Both the position numbers and the translations under genes were made by a program. Source: an uncultured bacterium (GTDB lineage: Bacteria; Krumholzibacteriota; Krumholzibacteriia; LZORAL124-64-63). Taken from it: DNA of 64,000 nt. This document shows positions 28,263-38,872 of the stretch, piece after piece (within the stretch, counting starts at the first letter, position 1; every line of letters starts with the position of its first letter). The notes under the pieces are model-generated. The model ran no database searches. It was not told where the DNA came from and saw only the letters and a list, made by a program, of their open reading frames with translations. The stretch is from positions 2,240,001-2,304,000 of the forward strand of contig CAVSGO010000007.1 of NCBI GenBank assembly GCA_963727525.1. The letters run 5' to 3'.

Positions 28263-29876
28263 ATGAAGCGAGCCATCATCATCGGGGCGGGCCCCGCGGG
28301 GCTGACGGCCGCCTACGAACTGCTCGACCGCACCGACATCAAGCCCATCGTCTTCGAGGCGAGCTACGCGATTGGCGGCATCTCGCGCACGGTCAACTAC
28401 AAGGGCAATCGCATCGACATCGGCGGGCACCGGTTCTTCTCCAAGTCCGGACGCGTGATGGACTGGTGGGTGAACATCCTGCCACTGCAGGGCGCCCCTG
28501 CGCGCGACGACCGTATCCTCGATCGGTCCGTGCCGGTGGCCGAGAGCTGCGCCTGCCGCGCGATCGGCGCCCCGGAGCCCCGGACCGTCCCGGCGCCGGA
28601 TCCCGAACAGGTGGACGAGGTGATGCTCTATCGCTCCCGCCTGTCGCGGATCTTCTACCTGCGGCGGTTCTTCAACTACCCCGTCGCACTGACCTTGCAG
28701 ACGGTGCGCAACCTCGGCCTCCTGCGCATGGCGCGCATCGGCTTCAGCTACATGTGGGCCCGCCTCTTCCCCATCCGCCACGAGCGCTCCCTCGAGGACT
28801 TCTTCATCAACCGCTTCGGCCGCGAACTCTACGGCACGTTCTTCAAGGACTACACGGAGAAGGTCTGGGGCGTGCCGTGCCACATGATCAAGCCCGAATG
28901 GGGCGCCCAGCGCATCAAGGGCCTGTCCGTGACGAAGGCGATCCTGCATGCCGCGCGCAGCATGGCCGGCCGCGACCGTTCCGTCAGTCAGAAGAACGTC
29001 GAGACCAGCCTGATCGAGCAGTTCCTGTACCCCAAGTTCGGCCCGGGCCAGATGTGGGAGGAAGTGACGCAACGCATCGTGGCAGCGGGTGGCGAGGTGC
29101 ACATGGGGCAGCGCTGCGTCGGCATGACGGTGGCCGACGGCCGGGTGACGGCGGTCACGATCCAGGACGAGGCGACGGGCACGGTCACCACGCACGAAGG
29201 CGATCATGTATTCTCCACGATGCCCGTGAAGGATCTGATCGCACAGATGGACGGCGACGTCCCGGAGAACGTACGTGAGGTCGCCGCGGGGCTGCAGTAC
29301 CGCGACTTCATCACCGTGGGACTCTTGCTGGACAAGCTGCTGATCAGCAACGAGACGGCGCTGCGTACCGTCAACGATCTCGTGCCCGACAACTGGATCT
29401 ACATCCAGGAGCGCGACGTCCGCCTCGGCCGCTTGCAGATCTTCAACAACTGGAGCCCGTACATGGTCGCCGACTCGGCCAAGGTCTGGATCGGGCTCGA
29501 GTACTTCTGCAACGAGGGCGACGACCTCTGGTCGATGGACGACGAGACATTTGCGAACTTCGCCGAGGCCGAGCTGGCCAAGATCGGCATCATCGACCGC
29601 ACCGACGTCCGCGACCACGTCGTCATCCGCATGCCGAAGACCTACCCGGCCTACTTCGGCACCTACGATCGGTTCGCCGAGGTGCGCACCTTCGTCGACT
29701 CGCTGGAGAACATCCTCCTCATCGGCCGCAACGGCATGCACCGCTACAACAACCAGGACCATTCCATGCTCACGGCCATGACCGCGGTCGACAACATCGT
29801 GCGCGGCGTGCGGGGAATGACGGGCATCTGGGACGTCAATGTCGAGAAGGAATACCACGAGGAAAAGTCGTCCTGA
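28263..29876 (+). CDS. FAD-dependent oxidoreductase (protoporphyrinogen oxidase / UDP-galactopyranose mutase-like)
   Basis: [51 protein letters not shown]. Confidence 0.85.
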   Translation: MKRAIIIGAGPAGLTAAYELLDRTDIKPIVFEASYAIGGISRTVNYKGNRIDIGGHRFFSKSGRVMDWWVNILPLQGAPARDDRILDRSVPVAESCACRAIGAPEPRTVPAPDPEQVDEVMLYRSRLSRIFYLRRFFNYPVALTLQTVRNLGLLRMARIGFSYMWARLFPIRHERSLEDFFINRFGRELYGTFFKDYTEKVWGVPCHMIKPEWGAQRIKGLSVTKAILHAARSMAGRDRSVSQKNVETSLIEQFLYPKFGPGQMWEEVTQRIVAAGGEVHMGQRCVGMTVADGRVTAVTIQDEATGTVTTHEGDHVFSTMPVKDLIAQMDGDVPENVREVAAGLQYRDFITVGLLLDKLLISNETALRTVNDLVPDNWIYIQERDVRLGRLQIFNNWSPYMVADSAKVWIGLEYFCNEGDDLWSMDDETFANFAEAELAKIGIIDRTDVRDHVVIRMPKTYPAYFGTYDRFAEVRTFVDSLENILLIGRNGMHRYNNQDHSMLTAMTAVDNIVRGVRGMTGIWDVNVEKEYHEEKSS

Positions 29877-29895
29877 ACCTCAAAGCGCACGCAGT

Positions 29896-30801
29896 TCAGA
29901 TTCTCCCCCGCAGGCGCCGATTCTCCGCCATGATCTCCCGAAAACGGCGTTGCCCGACCCGGCGCAGCGGATACGTGAGGTAGTAGCGCAGCCGATACCA
30001 AAGGCGCCGCGACGCCGTGGTATTCCGGCGGGACGCTGGATGGCCCTTGCCATTGATGCTGCGACCATACTTGCCTACCAGGGGGAGCTGGTAGATGGCG
30101 GCGGGGCTGTTGTCGGTAAGACCGAAACGGTCGTAGAGCGGCGCGTCGGCGAAGTAGAGGTTCACGCCGCCGGCCGTGCAGTGGATCAGCTCGTAGCCCT
30201 TCTCGCGGCCGAGGTCCACGAGACTCTGGATCGAGGCGCTGTGAAAGTCGTCGCCAGCCCACCTCAGGTCGGCATCGTAGTCCACCACGAACCGCCGGGG
30301 AGGCGGATAGCTGGCATTGAACTCGATGCAAACGATCCGCGGACGCACCGACGCGATGGCGCGCCAGACGTGGTAGTCGTTGCCGTCGATGTCGATGACC
30401 ATGATGTCGGGCCGAGGTGGGCAATCCGACGCGCGGATGATCGCGTCGATGTTTTCCGGGGACACATAAGCTTCCACGGTCTGCACGTTCTCGCGCGCGG
30501 CGTGGTTCTGCCGCGACCGCCGGGCGTGGTCCGGTTCCCCCTCGATCAACAGCGCGCCGAACCCGTGCCGCTCGATGAGGTTGCGCACCACGAGGTGTCG
30601 CCAGCCGTCACCCGCCCCGAACTCGATGCAGTACCGGTTCTCGGCACCGATGATCTCCAGGATCCGCTCGATGACACCCTCATCGACCTCGCCGTAAGGC
30701 TCGGAGATCTCGTACTCGTACGGCGTGAGCGGTAGCATCTTCGGCTGCAACGACGCGAGCAAGCGCGGCAAGGCAAACTCCTCGACTGGTGAGGGTCGCA
30801 A
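29896..30801 (-). CDS. FkbM-like methyltransferase-fold protein
   Basis: CIEFGAGDG, LLIEG, DIMVIDIDGNDYHVW, PRIVCIEFN, GVNLYF; start may be 30738. Confidence 0.7.
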   Translation of the reverse strand: MRPSPVEEFALPRLLASLQPKMLPLTPYEYEISEPYGEVDEGVIERILEIIGAENRYCIEFGAGDGWRHLVVRNLIERHGFGALLIEGEPDHARRSRQNHAARENVQTVEAYVSPENIDAIIRASDCPPRPDIMVIDIDGNDYHVWRAIASVRPRIVCIEFNASYPPPRRFVVDYDADLRWAGDDFHSASIQSLVDLGREKGYELIHCTAGGVNLYFADAPLYDRFGLTDNSPAAIYQLPLVGKYGRSINGKGHPASRRNTTASRRLWYRLRYYLTYPLRRVGQRRFREIMAENRRLRGRI

Positions 30802-31225
30802 TCGCGACGCGCAGTATACGCAGGCAATCCCCCGCCGTGCAAGCTAGCGTCGAAATTCGAGGCAGGCCGCCGGGCGCCTACTGCGCCAGATCCGTGGGAT
30901 TGAGACGCTGCGCGTGGAAGTCCTGCGAGTCGGCCGGTTCTCCGACCCGATCACCGGCGGTCGCACTCCACTGCGGGATACCGGTTGGATTGATCGGCTG
31001 GACGACGGTTCGCGCGTCATTGCCGTGCAACTCGGCATAGATCACGATTGCCCCTCGGCCGACGTCCGGCGACCACCCGCGCGACCGCGGGAAAGAGCTA
31101 CGGGTCGGCGAGCGCGAGACTGCAATAGATCAAATACATCGCCATATCGCAACTCTGCGCTGGGGCCGACGGGCCGGCCATCGTTTCGGGCTTCCGGTCG
31201 CCGATCAGCCAGCTGCCGGGAGCGA

Positions 31226-31738
31226 TCATCTCCTGGGCGGACCACAGGAGCCCGCGCCAAGCGACCTTGCCAGGAAGTCGTTCACGGCTTCCAGGAGGGC
31301 GTGGTTGGGCTCGCCCGTCTTGAAACTCGGCGTCCACCCCGGGACGGCCGCGATCCGCTCGCGAAGTTCCGCGATGTCGTTCACGAGCAGCACGCGGTTC
31401 GCCGCGGCGAGGTACTGGCCAAGCTCCACTTGGTGATCGTCGGGGTGCTCGTTCAGTGCCGCCAGACGCGGCACCAGGACGACCTTCTTGCGCAGGCCGA
31501 GGCAAAGGTCCACGGTGCCGGTTCCGGCGTGACAGATGACGAACTCGGCGTCCTGGATCCGCCGGTGCAGATCCTCGCGAGGGACGAAACGCGCGTGCCC
31601 GCAGTGCTGCGGCTCGTACGTGGAGAACCCGATCTGGGCGAAGGCAGCGCCGAGCAGACCCGCCGCCGCGAGGGTATCTACCTCACGCAGCAATCTGCTG
31701 AAGTCGTTACGCGTGCTGCCGACGCTGACCAGGATCAC
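31226..31738 (-). CDS. pssE: PssE/Cps14G (Alg13-like, GT28 C-terminal) glycosyltransferase subunit
   Basis: GTG 31738 after GGAGG; ILVSVGST, FSRLL, ICHAGTGT, PRLAALNEHPDDHQVE. Confidence 0.88.
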   Translation of the reverse strand: MILVSVGSTRNDFSRLLREVDTLAAAGLLGAAFAQIGFSTYEPQHCGHARFVPREDLHRRIQDAEFVICHAGTGTVDLCLGLRKKVVLVPRLAALNEHPDDHQVELGQYLAAANRVLLVNDIAELRERIAAVPGWTPSFKTGEPNHALLEAVNDFLARSLGAGSCGPPRR

Positions 31739-31781
31739 GAAGCCTCCCTCGACGGACGCCCGCACATATGGGCCCCGAACA

Positions 31782-32270
31782 TCACATGTTCTCGTAGAGT
31801 GCGCCGAGAAACCGCGCGCGCGGGTAGAACGCCAGCAGCGCCTCATGCTGGACGAGGAACCGATCGGCCAGTCGGTAGCACACCTTGCCGGACATGCTCG
31901 GGCGCCGTATTCGCGCGAAGGTCTCGATGAAAAGGGTCCGCCGGCCGCCGAGCCTGGCCAGCAGGAACGCGGGAATCGCGATCCCCGCGCCCGTACTCAC
32001 CACCGCCGCCGGATCCTCGCGCCGGAAGATGCGCATGGTGGCCCAGAGCGCGCGCAGCAGCCGCAGCGGGTTCTTCCAGCGCCCCTCGTTGATGTCGGGG
32101 ATGGTATAGACACGCTCGCCATCACCGCCGGCGAAGGTATGGCTCTCTTCCTCCGGGATGATCAGGAACCAATCGTACCGGGTGTAGATGTCCTGCAGCC
32201 GGCGCATCTGCTCGAGATGGCCGCCCAGCGAACAGACGAGACATAGCGTCCGTCCTCGTCTCTTGCGCAC
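31782..32270 (-). CDS. pssD: PssD/Cps14F (Alg14-like) glycosyltransferase subunit
   Basis: CLVCSLGGHLEQ, VSTGAGIAIP, FIETFAR, PSMSGK; GTG 32270 after GGGAG. Confidence 0.88.
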   Translation of the reverse strand: MRKRRGRTLCLVCSLGGHLEQMRRLQDIYTRYDWFLIIPEEESHTFAGGDGERVYTIPDINEGRWKNPLRLLRALWATMRIFRREDPAAVVSTGAGIAIPAFLLARLGGRRTLFIETFARIRRPSMSGKVCYRLADRFLVQHEALLAFYPRARFLGALYENM

Positions 32271-32429
32271 CGTTGATCTCCCGAATTCCGACGTTTGCGG
32301 TTCCCGAGCCGGCCATGCCATGAGAGTCGTCCGCAAGGATACCGGGTCCCGGCGCGGGCGGCAAGGACGTGAGCGATACACCGCGTCAGCGGGATGAATC
32401 ACCTCACTAACCGCTGCGGCGCCCGCCGC

Positions 32430-32553
32430 GCGGTCCAGGTACGTCCCGGAGGGCACGGCGTGGCCGGTGTCGTCGTCTCCGTTCCAGATCCATGTATGCA
32501 CGTCCGACTGCAGATCGCGTCCGTCCAGTGTACGAACGAGGCGTCCACGGGCC
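32430..32553 (-). pseudogene. Orphan fragment of a FlgD-Ig C-terminal domain
   Basis: ARGRLVRTLDGRDLQSDVHTWIWNGDDDTGHAVPSGTY matches the FlgD tails in this window but has no host gene. Confidence 0.65.
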
Positions 32554-32656
32554 GTTGGCCCGTTCTTCTTGCACTCGCTCTTGCCGCCGGCCGCCGTCGG
32601 CCCGAACCTGGAAGGAGAGCCCCGCCATCCCGCACACGACACGGAGGTCCTGCCCG

Positions 32657-33412
32657 ATGACACGCCTTCTCTCCCTCGTCCCCTTTGCGTTCATCCTCGC
32701 CGCCGGTCCCGCCACGGCCGGCGTCGTCCTGAACACCCTGCAGGGTTTCGATGACCAGGTCCCCGGCTGGTCCGGCGGGCTGGACGGCCTTTTCACCGGC
32801 AAGGGCGGCAACACCGAGAGCCTCCAGATCACCGCCGGTGGCCGCGTGCAATGGCACGGCGGCGGCGAACGCGTACGCCTGCACCTCTCGGAGGACTACG
32901 AGGAGACCGGCGGGGCCGTCACCGACCGCAGCCTTGTGGGCCACCTGCGCCACAACCATCGCCTTGGCGCCGGCTGGGCCACCGTCACGTTCGTCCAGGT
33001 CCAGAGCAACGCGTTCCAGAGGTTGACCTCGCGCTGGCTGGTGGGCGCGGGGGCCCGCCGTGACTTCGTCGACGACGAGGATTGGCGACTCTCTCTGGGC
33101 GTGACCCCCATGCTCGAGGTGGAGCGTCTCTCGAGCGAAGGCGGCAGCACCGGCCGCGGCCGCCTCTCGACCTTCGTCATGGCGCGTCACACCCTGGCCG
33201 TCGGCACCCGAGTGGAGGCGATCGGCTTCTGGCAGCCTCTGTTCAGTGACTTCGCCGACCAGCGCGCGGTGGTCAACGCCGCCCTCGTGGTGCAGGTAAC
33301 CAGTGCCGTCGACCTGAAGGTAGGCTCGTCCATGGAACACGACGCACGGCCGCCGGCGGGCGTGAAGAAGACCGACTGGAGCACCTACGCGGGACTCGGC
33401 GTGACGTTCTAG
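32657..33412 (+). CDS. DUF481 family outer-membrane beta-barrel protein
   Basis: RBS GGAGG, signal peptide, GGNTES, HLRHN, C-terminal GLGVTF. Confidence 0.75.
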   Translation: MTRLLSLVPFAFILAAGPATAGVVLNTLQGFDDQVPGWSGGLDGLFTGKGGNTESLQITAGGRVQWHGGGERVRLHLSEDYEETGGAVTDRSLVGHLRHNHRLGAGWATVTFVQVQSNAFQRLTSRWLVGAGARRDFVDDEDWRLSLGVTPMLEVERLSSEGGSTGRGRLSTFVMARHTLAVGTRVEAIGFWQPLFSDFADQRAVVNAALVVQVTSAVDLKVGSSMEHDARPPAGVKKTDWSTYAGLGVTF

Positions 33413-33543
33413 GGTGGCCGGTTCCTCCGCACCGCCGGCGAAGCTCATGAGCGTCCGAACATGCCCTCGCGATCTTCAATTGCGAAACCCGATAAGGTAG
33501 CATGCGGCGTGGGGTCGAAATTCTTCGAAGGAGGAACACGATC

Positions 33544-35441
33544 ATGGTGCGCACGCTCGCTCGAAATGGACTTCTCGCCGTCGTCGCTCTCGTCGCGGGA
33601 CACGCCATCGCGCAGCCGCCGTGCGTAGACTACGCCACGCTGCCGCAAACCCTTGGTAGCCTGGGGCTCCATGATGTCTGCACCTGAACGGCCCGTCTCG
33701 ACGACGATCATATCGCGATCTTCGGCAACGGGACGCTCGATATCCTGGATGCCGGCGACGTCGCCGCGCCGCGATCGATCGGCTGGCTCGGGAATTTGCC
33801 CTACTATGGGCAGTTTCTCTGCGTTGGCGCTTCGACGGCCTTTCTCGCCAGTGGAACACTCTGGTTACCGTGATCGATCTCGCCGAACCGTCCGCTCCGG
33901 TTCTCGTCGGGACCGTCGACATGGGCGCGCCCGTCTACGGTCTGGCGGCCGCCCAGGGGCGACTGGCGGTCGATGTGCTGGGCGAGGTCCGCCTCGCCGT
34001 CATGGGCACGGGTCTGTGGATCGTGGACATCAGCGACCCGGCCTCGCCGCAGACGCTAACAGCCATCGACTACCCGACTGCCGTGAATTCCGACTATCGC
34101 CACGAGATCGACGTCCATGACGTCGTCGCCTATCCCGACCGGCTGGTCTATCTGGTCACGGACTGGGAACGGTGGGGCACGTTCTTTCCCGTCCGTTTCG
34201 CAGTCACCCAGAAGCGTGTTCGCGCCGTTGAGCGGCGACCTGGCCACCTTGACCACGCTTCCTGTGTCCCTGGTCACCGACCGTGGCCAGCAAGTTTGGC
34301 CGGATGGGCGCGTGCTGCTCGCGTCGTCCGAAAGCGTGGAGACGTTTGCGCTGGCGGACGTGCTGGTGGACAATGCCTGGGTGACGAATTTGTCGTCGAA
34401 CTACTGGTCGCAGGCCAGCTACGAGGGGGCCCTGGCGGGACCAGATTTCCTCTGTCAGATCGTGAGCATCGACGACGTGGATTTCGAGCGCACGGAATGC
34501 TGGTTCAACACGTCGCCGCACCAGCTACCCGTCACGGCCTGTTACGTCATGGAGGGCCTTGCCGACCTGAAACCCGCGGACGTCGCGATCCATCGCGACA
34601 CGGTGTCCTGAGCATCATCGACATCGCCCAAGTCCACGCACCGATCGTCCGCGGTTCGCTCGTGCAGGCGCAATTGCCGTCGGCCGTCTTTCTCGCCTGG
34701 GTCTCGAAGCAAGTCGTGGTGGCGGGTGGCGGCACGCTTTCCGTCTATGACGCCAGCGACAATGCCCACATCGTTGCGCGAGGTCGTCTGCAGACCGAGG
34801 CCGACTGGCTGGTGTCCGCCGGTCCGTCGCGCTGCCTGATCGGTCGCGCCGGCGAGGTGGCGCTCGTGGATCTGAGCGACGCGAACGTGCCGTTCATCGT
34901 CGCGACCCGGCCCGACTGGCTGCTCGGCTACGATCCGGTGGTCGAACTGGAGCACGGTCTCGTCACCTTCCTCGATGGCAACCTGGTCACGGTCGCTTCT
35001 CTCGACGATCTCGAGCCGTTCGGTACGCTCGCGCTCACGACGGGCGATGCTGAGCATTTGCGCGCATATGACGGGATGCTGGTGGCATCGGGAATCAATG
35101 GTGGCTGGGCCGACATTCCCGCCCAGTGCACGAGTACCGGCCTCGGAAACGAGGTGGCACCGGCGCCTGTCCTCGTGCTCGCGGCGTCGCCCAATCCCTT
35201 CAATCCCCGGGTCACGTTCAGCTTCCGGATGCCGGCCACCGGGCCGGCTCGCTTCACGATTCACGACCTGGCCGGCCGTCGCATCGCCGTCCTCCATGCG
35301 GGCCCCCTCGCGTCCGGGTTGCAGACCTGGAGCTGGGACGGTACCGACGCGGGAGGCGCGGCGGCGCCCAGCGGCGTCTACTTCGCGCGGTTGCAGGCTG
35401 CCGGCCGAACCGCGGTGGTCAAGGTGACGCTCGTGCAATGA
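33544..35441 (+). pseudogene. Disrupted LVIVD-repeat / FlgD secreted protein gene
   Basis: Signal peptide at 33544; in-frame TGA 33685; frame changes near 33860, 34190 and 34600; intact SPNPFNP...PSGVYFARL tail. Confidence 0.75.
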
Positions 35442-35634
35442 CGCCCGGACCGTGATAGGATCCGGTGAGTCGCACCCAGGTGGGGCTCACGTTGCTTGCA
35501 CCCTCGACGGGCTCGAGGCGCGTGGGCACCATGCCCTGGCATCGGTGCGACCTCGCGCCGTTCGCCCTGGGCGTATATGCTGTGGTGCAGGTCCAGACGA
35601 CAATCCGGTCAATAGATACGAGAGCGAGTCGCCC

Positions 35635-37866
35635 ATGCGAGCTTTCCCCGCGCGTCCCTGTTCGTGCCGTCGCGCACCCATGGCCGTCCGGTCAGGGGTC
35701 TTGTTACTCCTCGTGACCGGTGGCGCCTCGGCGGTGCCCGTCTCGCCAATCCTCGCCCCCACCGGCGAGAACGCGGGTGCTCAGCTCGGTCTCTTCGTCA
35801 GCGATGCCGGGGACGTCAACGGTGACGGGATCGATGACTTCATCGTCGGGGCGCCCGGGGCCAGGACCGGCGGCGTGGGCGCCGGACAGGCGTGGGTGTA
35901 TTTCGGTGGGCCGGCGCTCGACGCGGCGCCCGACCTCGTGCTGAGCGGCGAAAGCGCCGGCGACCAGTTCGGGACCTCGGCGCGGGGCTGCGGCGATGTC
36001 AACGGAGACAGCTATGACGACATCGTCGTCGGCGCCCCACACAACGACGCCGCCGGCTCCAACGCCGGCCGCGCCTACGTGTACTTCGGCGGTCCGTCGC
36101 TGGATGCCGTCGCCGATATCGTCATCTCCGGCGTCGCGGACAACGCTCAGCTCGGCTACGCGGTCGCCGGGGCCGGAGACGTCAACGGCGGTGGCGACGA
36201 TCTTCTCATCGGCGCACCCAGCAACACCGGCTCCCACGGGCGCGCGTACGTGTACTTCGGCGGCGCGGCTCTCGACGGCGTGGCCGACGTGACCCTCGCC
36301 GACCCCTCGAACGGCTTTCTCGGCTGGTCAGTGGGCCCCGCGGGTGATTTCGACGGCGACGGCTGGGACGACGTGCTCGTGGGCGGCAACACCCAGACAC
36401 ACGCGTTCCTCTTCCGCGGCGGACCCGGCTTCGACGGCGTCGCCGATCTCGTCTTCGCTGGCGATAGCGGGAGCAACCGCTTCGGCTACGGCCTCGCGCC
36501 GGCCGGCGACGTCAATGGCGACGGCTACGCCGACGTGATCATCGGCGACATGCATAACAGCGCCGGTAACGCCTACGCCGGCCGGGCCGACGTCTATTTC
36601 GGCGGGCCGGGCGCCGACGGGCAGGCCGACCTCGTCTTCACGGGCACCACCTACTACGGCATCTTCGGCCGCACGGTCGCCGGCGGTGGCGACCTGAACG
36701 GCGACGGCTTCGACGACCTCGTCATCGGCGCGCCGACGCCCGACTACGCGGGTCTCGGCCCGGGCCGCGCCTTCGTCTTCTTCGGTGGCGATCCGGCGGG
36801 CACCGCCCGCGTCGACACCCTCGCCGATGTCGTCCTGACGGGAGCGCACGAATCGGATCGCCTCGGCTCGCAGGTGGCCATCGTCCGCGATCAGAACGGG
36901 GACGATCGCGCGGACGTCATGATTGGAGCGAACCTGTTCGATACACCCACCGACACCGATGCCGGCAAATTCTACCTCTACAGCGTGCAGCCGCCGACCG
37001 CCCCCATCGCCGTGGATGACACGGACACGACGGGGATCGCCTTCACGATCGTCGTCGACGTGCTCGCCAACGATGTCGCTCCCGGAGGCGACCTCATGCC
37101 CGCATCGGTCATCGTGTTCGCGCCGCCGTCCCACGGTACCGCGGTGTCCAACACGCTCGATGGCACCATCGCGTACACGCCGGTGTCCGGCTATGCGGGT
37201 ATGGACACGCTGACCTACCTCGTGTCCGACACCGAGGGCGCCACGAGCGACGAGGGGACGGTCAGGGTGGAGGTCATCGATCCGCTCCCTTTGGCGGTCG
37301 CCGACACGTTCGCCACCAGCAATGGCGCGCCGCTCGTGGTGAACGCGCCCGGCGTGCTGGCCAACGATTCCGCGCAGATCGACGCGCCGCTCATGGCGGT
37401 CGCCGTCGTTGTGCCGCAACACGGGGATCTCGAACTCGACCCGGACGGCGGATTCACCTACACGCCGGCAGCCGCATTCGCCGGAACCGACACCTTCACT
37501 TACCGCGCCGTCCTGATGGGCGGTGCGTCCGCCCCTGCGACCGTGACGGTCGTGGTCGACTCCACGATCAACGTGGTCCCCCCGCGGTCTCGGCTGGTGG
37601 TGGCGCAGAATACGCCGAATCCGTTCAATCCCGCCACGACGATCCTCTTCTCGACCGGCGCCGCGAGCCATGTGCGCCTGACGGTCTACGACCTAGGCGG
37701 CCGTCACGTGGCGAGCCTCATCGACGCCACCATGGACGCCGGCGAGCACACCGCCGTATGGCACGGGCAGAACGACGAAGGCGCCACCGTCGCGTCGGGC
37801 ACCTATGTGTATCGCGTCGAGGCGGCAGGTCAGGTCAAGACCCGCACGATGTCCCTGCTCCGATGA
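35635..37866 (+). CDS. Secreted FG-GAP (integrin alpha-like) repeat protein with two Big_9/cadherin-like domains and FlgD tail
   Basis: Seven GDVNGDG..D..IGAP repeats; APIAVDD..DVLAND; GVLAND..DGGFTYTP; QNTPNPFNP; start 35635 or 35680. Confidence 0.88.
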   Translation: MRAFPARPCSCRRAPMAVRSGVLLLLVTGGASAVPVSPILAPTGENAGAQLGLFVSDAGDVNGDGIDDFIVGAPGARTGGVGAGQAWVYFGGPALDAAPDLVLSGESAGDQFGTSARGCGDVNGDSYDDIVVGAPHNDAAGSNAGRAYVYFGGPSLDAVADIVISGVADNAQLGYAVAGAGDVNGGGDDLLIGAPSNTGSHGRAYVYFGGAALDGVADVTLADPSNGFLGWSVGPAGDFDGDGWDDVLVGGNTQTHAFLFRGGPGFDGVADLVFAGDSGSNRFGYGLAPAGDVNGDGYADVIIGDMHNSAGNAYAGRADVYFGGPGADGQADLVFTGTTYYGIFGRTVAGGGDLNGDGFDDLVIGAPTPDYAGLGPGRAFVFFGGDPAGTARVDTLADVVLTGAHESDRLGSQVAIVRDQNGDDRADVMIGANLFDTPTDTDAGKFYLYSVQPPTAPIAVDDTDTTGIAFTIVVDVLANDVAPGGDLMPASVIVFAPPSHGTAVSNTLDGTIAYTPVSGYAGMDTLTYLVSDTEGATSDEGTVRVEVIDPLPLAVADTFATSNGAPLVVNAPGVLANDSAQIDAPLMAVAVVVPQHGDLELDPDGGFTYTPAAAFAGTDTFTYRAVLMGGASAPATVTVVVDSTINVVPPRSRLVVAQNTPNPFNPATTILFSTGAASHVRLTVYDLGGRHVASLIDATMDAGEHTAVWHGQNDEGATVASGTYVYRVEAAGQVKTRTMSLLR

Positions 37867-38007
37867 TGCCCCGGTGGCGCCGGCGCTCCGAATCGTCCAA
37901 GGCACGCCACTGCACATCACATCGGTTCGGCAGGCAAGGGACGGCGCGGCGTATTTCGTGATGACGGAAGAACGATCGCCGCCGAGTCTTGCCCGATCGT
38001 CAAGGTC

Positions 38008-38664
38008 TCAGTCCGGCACGCAGCTCGTGCCGAGCCCCTGGGCGAAGACCGCAAGGTCCCCCAGATCGATCTGACCGTCCCAGATGAAGTCCGATCGATA
38101 GTCATAGACGCCGAAGAAATCGGCGGCGAATAGACTGAGATCGGTGATATCGACCTGCAGGTCGCCGTCGATGTCAGGGCTGTTGATGTTCAGGGTCGTA
38201 CTTGGGCTGACAAAAAGTGACAGGTTGCATACAGCGATCTGCAGCCCCACCGGTCCGGCCATGTGAGAGCCGCCGCCAGCGAGAGAACCCGTGAAGAGAT
38301 ACTGTCCCGGCTCTGTACCGTAGGCGTGCGCGAACTGCTCGCCGCCGCAGAACGCCACCGCTCCGGTGAAGTCAAAGAGCCATATCTCGTCGAGGGCGAC
38401 GGATGTCAGGGGATTCCCGTTGGCATCGACCAGTTCGACCCTGATGGACTTGTCGATGCCAGCGCCGCCAAACGTCTGCGCCTGCGTGAGCTCCGGACCC
38501 TGGCCGTTGGGCAGGATCCAGATGGAAGCCTCGCCGAAGCTGGCAAACTCCCAGGTACTGAGCGCGTTATCCGGCAAGAACATACAGTCGGCGGCGGCGG
38601 TGAACGGCAGGAGCGCGAGAGCGCAACCGATGATCATGCCGCTCGTGATGGCTCGGTCACGCAT
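38008..38664 (-). CDS. Secreted protein with C-terminal dockerin-like double EF-hand
   Basis: Signal peptide; PDIDGDLQVDITDLSLF and SDFIWDGQIDLGDLAVF. Confidence 0.7.
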   Translation of the reverse strand: MRDRAITSGMIIGCALALLPFTAAADCMFLPDNALSTWEFASFGEASIWILPNGQGPELTQAQTFGGAGIDKSIRVELVDANGNPLTSVALDEIWLFDFTGAVAFCGGEQFAHAYGTEPGQYLFTGSLAGGGSHMAGPVGLQIAVCNLSLFVSPSTTLNINSPDIDGDLQVDITDLSLFAADFFGVYDYRSDFIWDGQIDLGDLAVFAQGLGTSCVPD

Positions 38665-38872
38665 GGTGTTCTCCCATCTTGACGATCAGAAAATGACAGA
38701 CTCGAGTCATCTTCATGATACGGGGTGGCAAGCGACGGAATCAACCCGTCCCCGATCGCGGAGCCACCATCGAGGTGGGAGCGCCTACGTGCAACCACCT
38801 GGCGCACGGCCATACGACGATTGCTGCGTTGGCGCGCGTGGATCGCAATGAAGGTTCAGCAGCGGTTCCCTA

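Noticed and set aside
33685-33687. In-frame TGA after a Cys as possible selenocysteine
   Set aside because: The same gene has several frameshifts, I saw no SECIS-like hairpin, and the family is not a known selenoprotein
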